A DNA stretch of 63,884 nt, counting the filler, from Intoshia linei (Eukaryota; Animalia; Orthonectida), in the NCBI GenBank assembly GCA_001642005.1. It is 7 parts of 7 records of this genome, joined end to end, with 100 filler letters (N's around TTAATTAATTAA, not from the genome) between each part and the next. Parts side by side here need not be neighbours in the genome. Positions count along the whole stretch, not along the records: positions 42,516 to 55,336 come from LWCA01001062.1; positions 55,437 to 57,343 come from LWCA01002464.1; positions 57,444 to 59,754 come from LWCA01002348.1; positions 59,855 to 62,683 come from LWCA01002204.1; positions 62,784 to 63,884 come from LWCA01002787.1; 2 more parts are not named here. The stretch is one strand, 5' to 3'. Positions 50,926 through 63,884 of the stretch are shown here, piece by piece. Position 1 is the stretch's first letter, and the number at the start of each line of letters is the position of its first letter. The position numbers and the translations under genes are program-made. The notes beneath the pieces were generated by a model. It made no database searches and had not been told where the DNA came from. It was given only the letters and a program-made list of their open reading frames with translations.

Positions 50926-51213
50926 GGTAGAAAATATCTTATATTGTCCAGGAAATAATTTTAAAGAAAAAAGACATGATTATAAGGCTACATAAATCAT
51001 TTAATTCAAAAATTTACGAGGTTATGATGAATAATGAAAATTTGATAGATGTAATATATTAAATACATCAATAAATAAATATATTTATCGTTTTGCAAAA
51101 TTATTGAGACTTTCATATCTACATATAAACAAAAAAGGTAAATTTCCACGAATTAATTCGACCCATTTTTTATTTTTTTTAGCTTACGATAGATCTTGCT
51201 TCACTAATTAATA

Positions 51214-51691
51214 CAGTGATATCTTGTTCTCGTCGTGTTTCGTTTCTGAAAATCTCGTTGTTGGAAACTTACGCTTTACCATGTATTATTCATTAAACAT
51301 CAGTTCATATTGATCAAAATGTAGAATGAAATTTTAGAAAAATAATATTCACCTATTAATATTGACAAATTAGTATAAAAGGTTAAACTGGCTATATATG
51401 AAGTGTGCGCGCGCGTCAGTTTGAAAACTTTCAGATTATATAAGAAATAAAAAATGTATAAATTTAATAGAGATTCTTTAATAAAAGAAAAATATTTTAA
51501 ATTAAATTAAATTTTAATACTTTTTACATTACATTTTACAAATACATTACAATTTAAAATGAAACATGTAAATAAAATATTATGTTTAATTTGAATTGTA
51601 TAGAATAAATAGTTAAAATTATCCAATAAAGGTGTCTCGATCTTGGCACTTTATCTATATGTTTCAACATGACGAAAACGAGATATCACTG
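51214..51691. mobile_element. pogo/Tigger-type MITE
   Basis: TA|CAGTGATATCTTGTTCTCGTC ... GACGAAAACGAGATATCACTG|TA. Confidence 0.85.
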
Positions 51692-52435
51692 TACATAAAA
51701 AATTCAGACACTTAAAGTATCACTGAGACTAGTTTCTAATAATTTCAAAAATGCTGCGAGGGAGTATAGAATAACTGAAAATTTTTAAATTTTGAATAAG
51801 TGGTCTAGTTTTCACAACAGTTTTTATTTATCGCTACGGTAGTACATTATCCTAGTAATGACTTAATAATGTACATCAGGTTAGTCCATGTAAATTGGGA
51901 CGATGACCAAAAAATGTAATTTAGAAATTTAACGGGTTTTTAGTCCAAAGTTATTGTATGTTATGCATATTTAATATGTAAAAATTTTAAATCAGGAAAG
52001 ATCTTTGTTGCTGCCTATTTTATCATACTTTTTTGTTTACTGACATAAACCCTAAGGTTTGCGGTCCGGTTAGAGAAGCACTGTTTTACATCAAGGATTT
52101 TCAAACATTTTTGTCTTCTCAGTTCAATATCAAATTTTTGACATTTATCTCTGGACCGTTTAAATTGATTTGATGGATTTCTGGATAATACTAATTACTT
52201 ACTTAAACGCATTGATTTATGTATCCAATCTGATGGTGGTCATTTTGAACATTTCTTGTACATTAAATAATTTTAACTTTTTAACTTTTTCTACTACTAC
52301 TTTAGATAAATATCCAAATAATTTTATTATTGAGCAAATGTAATTGTTACTAGTGAAAATGTTTTTTTGATATACTTCTTATTTTCAAGTGGACTGTTTT
52401 AAATAGTACACCCTGTAATAACACTTTATATTTAG

Positions 52436-54380
52436 AATTTACCTTTGTCATAAAGAATCGAAAGAAAATGCAAACTTTTATGTGGAATTATCCATTATTG
52501 GAGAAGGTATAGATAAATATCCTTATTTGTGTCTTTATATTGAAATTTAGGAAATGATTATATTTACAAGTGTGTTGATGAAGAGACGCGATTGAAATCA
52601 ATAGAATTAGCAAAGGTATGGGTTTTTATAAAATGATATTTCAGTGATGTTACTTAAAATGTATACTCAGAGCTCAATCTTATTAATGTGCACTAAATTT
52701 CAAAATAACAACGATGTTAAATATAATTAATCATTATCGAGTATATCAGGGATGCCACAACCTGTCGATCGCCAAAATTAAAAAAATTAGAATTAACGTT
52801 TTATTTAATAATTTTTTTTAATAATCGTTATTAAAATGATTTTTATTATAAAAAAGTTATTTATTTATTGTTAAAATTTGTACAGATTGAAATAAATTCC
52901 ATGTAATTCGTGTAAAAAGGCACAATTCTGTACTAAGTCAATATCCTATATGAAGTTGATATTCGTTTCAGAGACTTTAAAAAGATTGAAGCAATTGTAG
53001 AATATATGTCATTCCCTTTTAGTGAAAATGTAATAGCTGATTTACTGATAACCAAAATATCAGAATTATATATTTTGGATAAGTTATTATATTGGATAAT
53101 ATGGGAGAAACGGAATTAGAAATATTATTATTGAGACCTAACATTTATTTGAGACCTCGAATTTCAGAACCTATTTTTGGAAATATGTAAATTGTGAAAA
53201 ATACAAAAATTTAAAAATATGTACTGAATACTTGTTTCGGTTCTACATATTTATGTGAATCAACTTTTTCCTATATGAACATAATCAAATCCAAAATTGA
53301 TCTTTGTTGGTGGATTCACATTTAACTGCTTCATTTAAGTTATCTTTGACAAGCTATATACCAGATTTTGAAAAAATAGCTAATGAAATACAATCCCAAC
53401 CATCTCTATAATTATTTACAAATAATAATAATTTTTATTAAATTGTATTTATATCGTGTTAAAAAGTAGTTCATTATATGTGTAGTGGGTACTGGAATTT
53501 TACTTACTTAACCACTTCTCTTGAAACATTATTAAATAATATTTAGATTAGTCCACTATTTCTTAAACTAGGTTTTGCCAATAATCAAATATACAGAGAA
53601 AGTGCTTCGAATTATTCCGATTTTTTTTCCGATCAGACACATTTTTCTAGTTTATATTATGTAACAAGTAGTTTAGACTTAATTTATATTTAAGTTTTTA
53701 ATGAAGAATTTAACAATAAGTCAATATTATAAATACAGTCAAAATTATATTTAATATTAACAAATAATTAAACTTTTTACTATATAAAAAGATTTTATAA
53801 CTTCATAAAAAAAATTTTATAGTCCATTTAATATTTAAAGCCATAAAACCATAACAATATTTTAAAAAAACTACTTAAAAAATAAAATAATATTGAATTT
53901 ACGCTTTCGTTAATCAGAAATTCGTTAAATACCAGATGTTTAGGCATTTATATAGAAAATAAAATTTCGACGTTCGTTAAATGAAATATACGTTAAACAA
54001 AACACAAACACGTTAAATGAGATTTTGACTGTAGTTATTTCTAGAATGATTTGTATCTAAGGTAATTATATATTGATAGTTACAGTGATGTAGAGATATC
54101 ACTACTTATTATTATAGTTAGTATTGATCCATCGAAATTGAAATACCGTTTTTAATAAAACAATAACAGGTGGGTTTTTTGGACGTACAGTATTTGAATC
54201 GGAGATTGCTGAATTATAATTAGATACTTTATTGTGTTGAATTATCATTTGACAGTTATTCACATTTTTTTCTTTTCTTAAAACTTAATAATTACTGAAA
54301 TTTCATGATTTTTAATAATATTTATTGTATATATTATTTAGGTATCAACCGAGGAAAATGACGAATCGGAAACTGATTAG
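52436..54380 (+). CDS. PSMA3: Proteasome alpha-7 (PSMA3)-like 3' exons: about 52436-52506, 52551-52615, 54342-54380; 5' exons not found
   Basis: IYLCHKESKENANFYVELSIIGE|GNDYIYKCVDEETRLKSIELAK|VSTEENDESETD* resembles the PSMA3 C-terminus including its acidic tail. Confidence 0.6.
52747..53411 (+). mobile_element. Deleted hAT (Buster/SPIN-like) element
   Basis: CAGGGATGCCACAACC terminus; FGSTYLCESTFSYMNIIKSK and PDFEKIANEIQSQPSL dimerisation-domain remnant. Confidence 0.75.
53736..54031. mobile_element. pogo/Tigger-type MITE
   Basis: TA|CAGTCAAAAT ... ATTTTGACTG|TA. Confidence 0.75.
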
Positions 54381-54928
54381 TTTAAAAATTATGTACACGT
54401 TAAATATAATTTTTTACTAACATCTTATTAATAAGTTATTAGTATTGATATCTTAATTCAATAAATTTATAATATTTGATATAAATGTAACTCGTTTAAG
54501 TCAAAGTCTGGTTAATTCGAAATTATCACTTTTTAAAATTTGGATACAATTTATCATAAATTTTATGATGTGAATGGTTAATTGTAAAATTGTTTAAATT
54601 GAAGTTGTATTTATCATACAATTGAACTGACTAATTTAAAATCGATACATATTTGATTGATTAATTGATACATACAATGTAGTTTACAAATTGTATTTTT
54701 TTATTTTTGCATAATTATGCAATTGTAATATCTTGGTAACATTTAATTTTGCAACCTTTTTATTGTTATTTATTAGTGATAGCTTATCACGCACAAATTT
54801 CCTCTACAATTGCAAATATAAATTTATCGCTTTGACTTAAACAAATGCACTATATCTACTTATGTTAATCAGATTCTCTAGCCTTCAATGTCTTAAAATT
54901 ATTATATTAATGTACATTAATATAAGAC

Positions 54929-55092
54929 ACTAGCTTGGCAGTTTTGTACTACGTACAAACAGCACCTAGCTCTGTCGAGGGCACTCTTTTATTATACCAA
55001 AAAAATAAATTCATGTATAAAATCTAACTTAAAAATCCTACTATTCACTATTATCAATCCTTTAAAAAAGTGGTTCCCAAATTTGTTTCAGG
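54929..55092 (-). mobile_element. Helitron family 3' end
   Basis: Near-identical to 50768-50925. Confidence 0.8.
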
Positions 55093-55193
55093 TGGAACCA
55101 TCATATCACATTACATTTTTACTTTAAAGTGAATTATTCCATCTTAATTTTTTTGTTTGTTAACATTTGTGTAAAAGAATTTTAAAAACAATT

Positions 55194-55331
55194 TCCCATT
55201 TTTTTAATTTATTAGACAGAATCTGTGTATAATATTAAAAATAAAATAAAAACAGTTCAATCCCATTTTTTTAATTTATTAAACAGAATATGTGTATAAT
55301 ATTAAAAATAAAGTAAAAACAGTCCAATCCT
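55194..55331 (+). repeat. Tandem repeat of about 67 bp (2 copies) beside a gap
   Basis: TCCCATTTTTTTAATTTATTA..CAGAAT.TGTGTATAATATTAAAAATAAA.TAAAAACAGT.CAA occurs twice. Confidence 0.8.
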
Positions 55332-56055
55332 AAAAANNNNNNNNNNNNNNNNNNNNNNNNNNNNNNNNNNNNNNNNNNNNTTAATTAATTAANNNNNNNN
55401 NNNNNNNNNNNNNNNNNNNNNNNNNNNNNNNNNNNNCAAAAGAACGTAAAATTGGAGCGGCAAATTTTAGGTACATCAAATTAAATGAGTAAAATATAAA
55501 TTCATAAAATTGACGTCAAATATATGAATATAAATAAACTTTTTAAAAAGTAAATTAATTACTAAGACAATAATTCATCCGATTTAAATAATACTTTTAT
55601 AAAATAATAAGATTAACATATTTGAAAAATATATTAATCTAGCGGTTGTCTATAGTTTTGCTAGAATCTCGCAATTTCTGGCAACTGCAATCGATGCGTT
55701 AATCGCTAAATTGAATGTGTTACACTGTAATACCAAATATATTTTGCAATATTATAACATCATTTGTAGTTATTATCATATCGAAAGTGAAACGGTATAG
55801 ATTTGTACAACATTGGACCTTTTTGATACTATTTTCAAACTTTGTCTTCATTGTTTCAAAATCACGCTGATTCATACAATAAATTTCTTAATCCAAAGTA
55901 ATGTTCACTACTGCACCAGTTAACCTATTCATAATCACTCACTGTAAAGTGAATTATGAACATTATTCAATAGTATAGCAAATATAAAAAGTTTATTTGT
56001 CAAACTGTTAAATTGGTGTAGGTTTTAGCAAAAAAATAGGAATATCAATTTACAA

Positions 56056-56294
56056 TTATTTGTTTATTTCGGCATGTATCCTAAATTTAATAAGATGGGA
56101 AAAGGAAATCAATACCATTCCATGGCTTCATTAAGTCCGTATCCCTTTATTGCCGATGTTTTAAATATTTGATATCGTCTATTTTTAAGGTTATGTAACC
56201 CAAGATGCTTTGCAACTTCGGATGGCGTCATAGATCCTTCTATATCCTGTTTATTGGCCAAAACGACAAGTAGACAGTCTTGTAATTCATCTTC
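56056..56294 (-). CDS. ARL1: ARF-like GTPase 1, last two exons (56294-56116, 56080-56056); 5' exons not visible
   Basis: [17 protein letters not shown]...[37 protein letters not shown]. Confidence 0.85.
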
Positions 56295-56599
56295 CTATTA
56301 AAATAAAAAATTAATACAATAAATTCTAGGCAAACCATAATACACATCAATAACTTTCAAACTTATATGATTATTTTCAAGTCCTACGAAATCGTGGATA
56401 ATTTTAAATTGATAAAAACGAGAAACCGGTCAAAATTTAAATTTATTACACGATTGTGAAAACATGTTGATTCACATTAATTGAAAAATTTAGTATAATG
56501 AAAACTAAAAAAAAAATATAAATTATTATAATAAAGAAATAAATTAATAAACATAATATAAAAATTCATATTTAAATATATTATTTCGCCCCCTGGCTG

Positions 56600-57178
56600 A
56601 AAATTCTAGATCGACCACTGTCTGCATCCCAAAACGGTACTTTTATTAATTTTTTTTGGATTCTCGTCGTATTCTGTGGTACGATTTATTAGAAATGATA
56701 AAAACAAGACTCCGACGTCTACTGCGAACTTGAACACATAAATCATAAAATTCACGATTTTCGGGTCAACAAATTCAATAGAAAGGAATTTTTTCTTCAC
56801 GACAATGCAAGACCACATATTTCCAAAAAAATCGACTAATAAAATAACCAATCTAAAATGGAATTTAATTCCACATTCACCTTATAGTCCTGATCTTGCT
56901 CCAGAGGACGTCCTCCTGTTTTTGTCTCTAAGTAACTATCTTCAGGGAAACAAATTTTATAAGTTATATAAAAAAATCCTTCGACAGATATTTTGCATCT
57001 AAATCAACTGAGTTTTTTACCAATCCTTTTAAAAAACTACTATATCTTTGGCAAGACGTTATTAATGCAAATGGCGATTATATTTGTAATTAAAATTAAA
57101 ATTATAAAATTAATTATCTATCCTTATTTAAATGTGAAGAACTTGTGTGAGAACAAATGTACTTTATAACAACCTAAT
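56600..57178 (+). mobile_element. Degenerate mariner transposase 3' half
   Basis: FLHDNARPH and PHSPYSPDLAPED motifs; terminus AACCTAA|TA. Confidence 0.85.
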
Positions 57179-57443
57179 AGATCAGTGATTCCCAACGTGA
57201 ATCGTGCGCCCCACCAGTGGGGCATAGAAAATTTGTCAAGAAATCAAGATAATCTAAACTTTGATAAATTATTGGTTTATTGGTTAAAAGTGTGAGGTAA
57301 CTGATGCTGATGTACTTATAATAGTTGATCATTTGAAATTATTNNNNNNNNNNNNNNNNNNNNNNNNNNNNNNNNNNNNNNNNNNNNTTAATTAATTAAN
57401 NNNNNNNNNNNNNNNNNNNNNNNNNNNNNNNNNNNNNNNNNNN

Positions 57444-59040
57444 GTTTACGATCTACAATGGAAAAGAATTATTACTTCACGTGATGTTACATTTATTCAT
57501 GAACCAGGAAATCTACTCCTTAAAGATTCAAGTCTGTTACCTGAACTTGAACCAATGCTATCTACGATAATTATTGCACCGAAAGGCAGACGCAAGAAAA
57601 ATTTAGTTGTAGCTAAAATTCCTCTTAAACATACCCAAAACTCAGAATGTGATGTCTTGATTCAGCAGGAGCATCAACTTGATTCGAATAAAGCTTCACT
57701 TATTGCTAAAGATCTTGTACGAAATATTGTTATTCCAGGATCATACCATGAAGCCATTTCGATACATAGTGAAAGTTAGAAAAATGCTTTCGAAAGTAAA
57801 TGTTTTCTAATTTATTAAATGGACGTACAAACTGCTTTCTTGAATGCAAACCTGAAAGAACAAGTATTGGTCCATTTACCTTCTGGATATAAGCAGTTGG
57901 TACTAAATGCTAAGGTTTTGAAGTTGAATAAAGCTTTGTATGAATTAAAACAAGCTCCACGAGCTTGGAACTATACTATTGATCAATTTCTAATAAACAA
58001 ATGCAAGCTAAGTCGTTCCAGAGCAGACCCGTGTGTATATTTTTGTATTAAACAGAGTCTTCAAATTGTTGTAGTTATCTATGTTGATGATATTCTCATA
58101 TTTTCCAAAAACATACAATTTATGCAAAAATTGAAAGAGATGCTAAAAAGAAATTTTGAAATGACAGAAATTGGAGAAATAAAACATTATCTAGGTTTTT
58201 CTGTTGTACGCAGTCTAAGAAATCGTCTCTTTCGCAAGAAAGTTATATTCGAAAGATTCTTAAAAGATTTTTGATGACGAATGCAAATTCTTGCAGTACT
58301 CCTCTGGGATCTAGCTACTCTCTTAAAAGTCTAGCTGACGCAGCTTACGATGACAAAATTGAAGAAACAAAAGCACCTTATAGAATGATTATTGGATGTA
58401 CAAGGCCAGGCATATCCGTAGCAGTTGTAAAATTAGCACAATACTGCAGTAAACCAAAAGGTGTTCACTGGAATGCAGCTAAAGGTCTTTTACGATACTT
58501 AATCGGTACAGAAAAGCTTGGATTGCATTATAAACAAAGTGGAGAGCTTAAACCTTCAGCGTATGTAAATGCTTCGTGGGCTGATGATTCTCAGTTGAGA
58601 AGATCTACCATTGGTTTTTTGATTTATATTGGCCGAAATTTAATAGATTGGACTTCAAAATTGCAGCCAGTAATAGCACACAGTACAGCAGAGGCAGAGT
58701 ATATAGCAGCTGATCTGGCAGTTCGAAAGGTTGTATGGTTCAGACATCTTTTGGAAAAGTTGAATATAACTCAAAAAGAATTAACCAATATCTATGAGGA
58801 CAACACGGCATGCATTGCAATAGCGAAAGGTGAGGGGAAGTTTGAAGCATCAAAGCATATTGAGTTACGTTATCATTATATTCGAGACAAAGTTGCTGAA
58901 TGTACAATAAAATTGACTTAACTAAACACAAAGAATCAAATAGCCGACCTTCTAACTAAACTTGTCCCAAAAGAATAGGCTTCAAGAGCTACTGCATTTA
59001 CATTGTCTAGCCACATCAATTAAAATTGCAAGCAGGAGAG
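57444..59040 (+). mobile_element. Degenerate Ty1/Copia pol (integrase tail, RT, RNase H)
   Basis: IITSRDVTF, MDVQTAFLN, ALYELKQAPRAW, IYVDDILI, STAEAEYIA, IYEDN, KHIELRYHYIRD; purine tract at about 59030-59040. Confidence 0.92.
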
Positions 59041-60369
59041 TTAAAATAATAGTTACTATGTGAATAATTTATATTAAATAGTTTTAAATTGATTGATAAT
59101 ATATTAACGTCTGTTGTTATTTCTCATTCCATTTTACGCAAATTACACTTTAACTTAAATAAAATGCGACGCGATTTTTGTTTGTGTGTCTGTGTGTGTT
59201 ACTTTTTCAAATAACTAACACTCTTAGAATTTTAAGACCACATTTTAATATCAGTTTTTTCCGCATATAATAACATAAATTTCAACCTCCCAATTTCACA
59301 TCTTAAGGGTCTAAAACCCCTGTTGTCTCTTTTTTTGAAAATCAAACAAGTTGGAGAATTTAAAAAAATATACACGCTGATGCGGATTTTATAATAATAA
59401 ACATTATCATAAATTAAAATTTAAAAAAATTATATCTTTAGGGCCAAAACAACAAATTGCCAAAAAATGTGAAATAATTAACAAAAAACAGCCAAAAGTA
59501 TGGACAAATTTTTAAACTCAATCATTTTTATATTACAATCCTTTGCAATAATGGTAAAATTAATTATTGATACACAATTGGTATTTTTAAGTATTTATTA
59601 AATTGGTTCTGAATATATATCATTACATTGAAAATGAAAAAATAGGTTTTTATAATTTTATTTTGCTAGAATTTGTTATTTATGACAATTTTTAAATTTA
59701 GATTGTTTTTACTTTATACAATTATATATATTATACATATTATAATTATATATANNNNNNNNNNNNNNNNNNNNNNNNNNNNNNNNNNNNNNNNNNNNTT
59801 AATTAATTAANNNNNNNNNNNNNNNNNNNNNNNNNNNNNNNNNNNNNNNNNNNNTGGTATCTTAATATTTCAGTTTTAACTTGGGTCTGTAGTGGATGAT
59901 ATAACTCACAAACAAAAACTCGATTTTTCCATTAAAAGTTGGTAAAAGTGGGTTTTCCCATACGGGTTGATAAAATTAGGATTTTTTTTAGGGGTTTGTA
60001 AAAGTGGATTTTTTCCCTTAAAGGTTGGTAAAACTTTTCTTAATATTTTCTCTGTACTTGATTTGGGTCACCTGGTATTCTTTATCCATGATTTTAGCGT
60101 ACAATTTTTTTTAATATTTTTGATTATCTTCGGTTAATTCAGTTTTACATATCAATTCGTTAGTGAGCAATACAGCGTTATCTAACAGCTAACAACACCT
60201 TAGGTGTATTGAAGATAAAATGAACAACTTGGCCTTAAATATAGATTTAGACTTAACACTATAATTTCATTATTGTGATGTTTTTATTGTTTAATTATTT
60301 TCTAAAGATTTAAATTTTAAAATTATACTCGAGGTGTGTTGAAAATTTATCGAACACAATTCATGAACA

Positions 60370-61225
60370 AAGTCATGAAAATTGAAATAAACATAAATGG
60401 AATGAGGTTATTTATTAATAAGTTAAAATAAATTTTATTATATTATATTCATTAATTTTGTACTAATTAATAAACAACTACCTAATTTGTAATTTTATAG
60501 GTTATTTTTTCGGAAGAATCAATAATTTGTGTGATGGGCAACCAATGTAAAAATGTGCGCAAAAGATCATGCGAATCATCAAGGCCAGAATGCATCATAC
60601 AAACAGTAACATTTGCAACAAAATTAATGGTTGGGGGCTATATCTTCTGTGGGAATGGGTGAATTACAGATTTGTGAAGGTATAATGACCAACATACTTA
60701 TAAAAATGTATTAAACAATTTTTTTAATAAAATGACACAACGGCATATTGGTTAGAAGTATATATTCCAACATAATTCCGCTCCATGTCAGAAAATCAAA
60801 TCTGTAACATCATATTTCCAAAATAAAGGGATTGCCGTTCTTGAATGACCGGGAAATTCCCCAGATATAAACCCAATCGAAAATATGTGGGGACAATTGA
60901 AAAAGGAAGTTCATAGAATTCCAATAATATCAAAATCAGAACTTATTATTCACTTACATACAGTATGGAACAATTCTCGTAATTTGAAAAACTGGCAAAA
61001 TACTGTATTAATAATTATTGCTATTAACTAACTGTATTAGTAATCTCATACATGATTAAGTAGATGTTACAAAACATTAATAAATTCTAATTAAACATAA
61101 ATATATGTGTATTACACATTGTGTAACTTATTTTCAAAATTTTATTTGATTTCATCAAGTCATTAGTGAATTAGTAACCACATAATATGTAAAAAGCAAT
61201 TATTATAATCTATTTAACAACACTG
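60370..61225 (+). mobile_element. Degenerate Tc1-family transposon, copy 2
   Basis: Colinear with 43800-44651; PGNSPDINPIENMW; ends CACTG|TA. Confidence 0.88.
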
Positions 61226-61329
61226 TATATTTCATCAACTATTGACATAATAAAAAATATCCGCCTGTCCAAATATCCTCACATTGATGAAAAAAATTTT
61301 TTTTCGCCCCACATTTCTCTTATGTAAGG

Positions 61330-62680
61330 TATATGTAATAAATATCCATAGATACTTAATATTTACTAAAAATACTTCAGTACTCTATTTTGTAATCAAA
61401 TTCGTCGAGCTTCAATAAACCTCGTATGAATTTTCCAGGTAAGTTTTTGATTTTCTCATATACACCAGAGGGTTATGATCGGTAATTACCTTTACATAAC
61501 GACCTAAAACATAAGTCCGAAATTTATCGAAACTTTTAGTAACAGCGAAAAATTCTTTTTCCGTTGTTTAGTAATTCTTTTCTGTAACAGTAAGTTGTTT
61601 ACTAAATAACTACCACGCATCCATTTTGAAGTAATACTGATCCAATTCCCACATTTGATCCATCGCATTCAAGAACAAAATTAACTCCTTCTTTCGGTAA
61701 CGCCAACAGAGGGGCATGTTTGATTTTTTTCTTAATAACATCAAATGCATTTTGTTGAGCATCCTCCCATTTGTATAGAGCATTTTATTTTAGTAAATGT
61801 GTCATCACAAAAAAATAAAAAATAAATGTAAAAAGTAAATAATAAAAATGTAAATATAATAAAAATAAAATAATAATAATTATGTAATGTAAATGTGTTA
61901 TTGTTCACATATATCCGCATATTTTTCAATGAAACGTCTATTAAAATTACACATTCCGAGGAACCGTCGTAATTTTAGAAGAGTATTAGGTGGCTTAATA
62001 TCATCAATTATACCTACTCTTGATTCATCAATTTTGATTCCGTCTTGATTTATAACATGTCCAAGTATATTAATTTCAGACACCCCTATGGCACATTTTT
62101 CTGGTTTTACAGTCAACTTAGCTAACCGAAGAGCTTCCAAGGCGCCATTTAAATGTTTCATGTGTTCGTGTACATTATTTGACGGTACGATAATATCATC
62201 TAGGTATACCATTACATTTTATGGTCTTCAAAAATGATATCCATTGTGCGCTGACAAGTTGCGGGAGCATTGGACAATCCTTGCGCCATTACTTTAAATT
62301 GGTACAATTTTAAACCACACGGAAATGCTGTTTTCCATCTGCCCTCTTTTGCTAGAGGAATTTGATAATAGGCACTGTTTATATCGAGTTTAGAGAAAAT
62401 CTTTTTACCTTCCATAAAGTTCAAACACGTTTTCAGGTGTGGAGCTGGATATTTATCTTTGACAGTAAATGAATTTAATTTACGATAATCTGTGAGACCC
62501 CTAAATGTTCCATCAGGTTTTCGTTTTAAAAAAAAATTCGAACAAAAATGACTTACTTTCTTCTATTAAATCTTTATCTAATAGATTTTGTATAAACAAC
62601 TTACATGCTTCACGTAGATTAACACTTAATGGGTATGACTTAGATGATTTCATTTTTGATTCATCGATTAGATTAATGTT
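61330..62680 (-). mobile_element. Degenerate Ty3/Gypsy pol (RT and RNase H)
   Basis: DYRKLN, FSKLDINSAYYQI, GLSNAPAT, VYLDDII, FLGMCNF, VITDHNPL. Confidence 0.92.
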
Positions 62681-62784
62681 ATGNNNNNNNNNNNNNNNNN
62701 NNNNNNNNNNNNNNNNNNNNNNNNNNNTTAATTAATTAANNNNNNNNNNNNNNNNNNNNNNNNNNNNNNNNNNNNNNNNNNNNA

Positions 62785-63292
62785 CAAATTTTAAAATCAT
62801 GTACATTGTCATAAATTTAAATTTCAAAAAGTAATTTTTTCAGAGTCAAAACCTTAAATTACTCTTTTTTCAAAAAATAAAAATAGTCCCAGAATTTAAA
62901 AAACAATTACATTTCATATAGTTAAAAACAACTCCATTTAATACACTCAAAATTTTTTTTATCATATTTTAAAGGTGGTTTTTAGGGAGTTTTTTTAATA
63001 TATTTTAAAGATTGTTTTTTTGGAAATCAATTTACTGTTTACTTTCTGAGAAAATTAGTTTGGTAATTATTTCATTAGAACAAAAAATTAAATATAATTA
63101 ATGGTTCTACAATTTAAAAATAATAAATTGTCTTGACACGTTTGGAATCATTCCGTTAACAGATTGGTAATATTCAATAGTACAATTTTTTTGTAAAATT
63201 TTATTTTTTGTGTAAAATTCAAAAAGCTACCCTTGGCAGAGCTACAAGAGCTGTAGGTGCTGTTTGTACGAAGTACAAAACAGCCAACCTAA
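62785..63292 (+). mobile_element. Helitron family copy, 3' part
   Basis: Similar to 2520-2860; ends CTGTTTGTACGAAGTACAAAACAGCCAACCTAA. Confidence 0.75.
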
Positions 63293-63884
63293 TGTTATTA
63301 TAAGAGAGGAGTCAGCTATCGGAATTGACTGGAAAGCGTTGAATCATTTGGCTAAGAATAGACCAGACGTAAAAATAATCTGAAACAATAATTCGTCAAA
63401 AAATATAAAATTTGAAACTTAGTGCTACTTCTTGCATTTTATTTTGAGTTGTGTTTCCCAACGGGGTCTACGCTATATAAGGAGTTCATTGTAAAATGAA
63501 TTATTATATCAGAAATTAATTTAATATTATTAAGGTGAAAAAACCACTTAATTATTCCGTAATCATGTAAATCTGTGTTAATATTTTGTGTTGTACCTGA
63601 ACCATAATGTATGTATTGAATATTAAAAATATTTTTGAAATTCCAAGTAAAAAGTATATTTACTTATTAGTTTTAGGTAATTGCCTAATGAAACATGTGA
63701 TTAATACTGATATTAGATTTAATGATTAAAGTATATGAGATCAGAAAAACAGACTATATATATGAATATTTAGAAATCCATGATGAATATTTTTTTAATT
63801 TTGAGGGTCCATGCAGGGCCGTGGAAAGCCAGCAGTAGGCCAAGGTCAGATGGAAATTGTAGGCCCATAAAAAAAATTTTAAAA

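Noticed and set aside
52441-52500. Minus-strand LSILYDK followed by GT as the missing upstream exon of 2H paralog 2
   Set aside because: The frame is closed by a stop just upstream, and the plus strand has the better-supported PSMA3-like exon

Overview
Very AT-rich eukaryotic (animal-like) draft-scaffold DNA with six 100-nt assembly gaps. It is not prokaryotic. Genes are compact and split by about 30-45 nt GT-AG introns; the long introns examined contain transposon insertions. By manual splicing I recover ARF, an intron-containing histone H1, a CUB+LDLa gene hit by a MITE, EMC10, NOP10, RPL7, XPD/ERCC2, DCAF13, an orphan disordered protein, the PIWI portion of a DEDH Argonaute, an intronless serpin, ALKBH7, a bHLH factor, two tandem AKAP7-like 2H-phosphoesterase genes, and 3' exons of PSMA3-like and ARL1 genes. 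Mobile DNA includes Gypsy, Copia, LINE, Tc1, mariner, hAT, hATm-like, Chapaev-like and piggyBac relics, many MITEs with clean TSDs, and a very abundant non-autonomous Helitron family. Most notable: (1) a tightly packed co-oriented cluster 2H-PDE > bHLH > ALKBH7 (129 and 39 nt spacers) whose last stop codon overlaps the stop codon of a convergent serpin; (2) an apparently active/dead pair of 2H-phosphoesterases; (3) a hAT MITE inside an LDLa exon that could be spliced out as a new intron. All family assignments come from motif recognition, not database searches.
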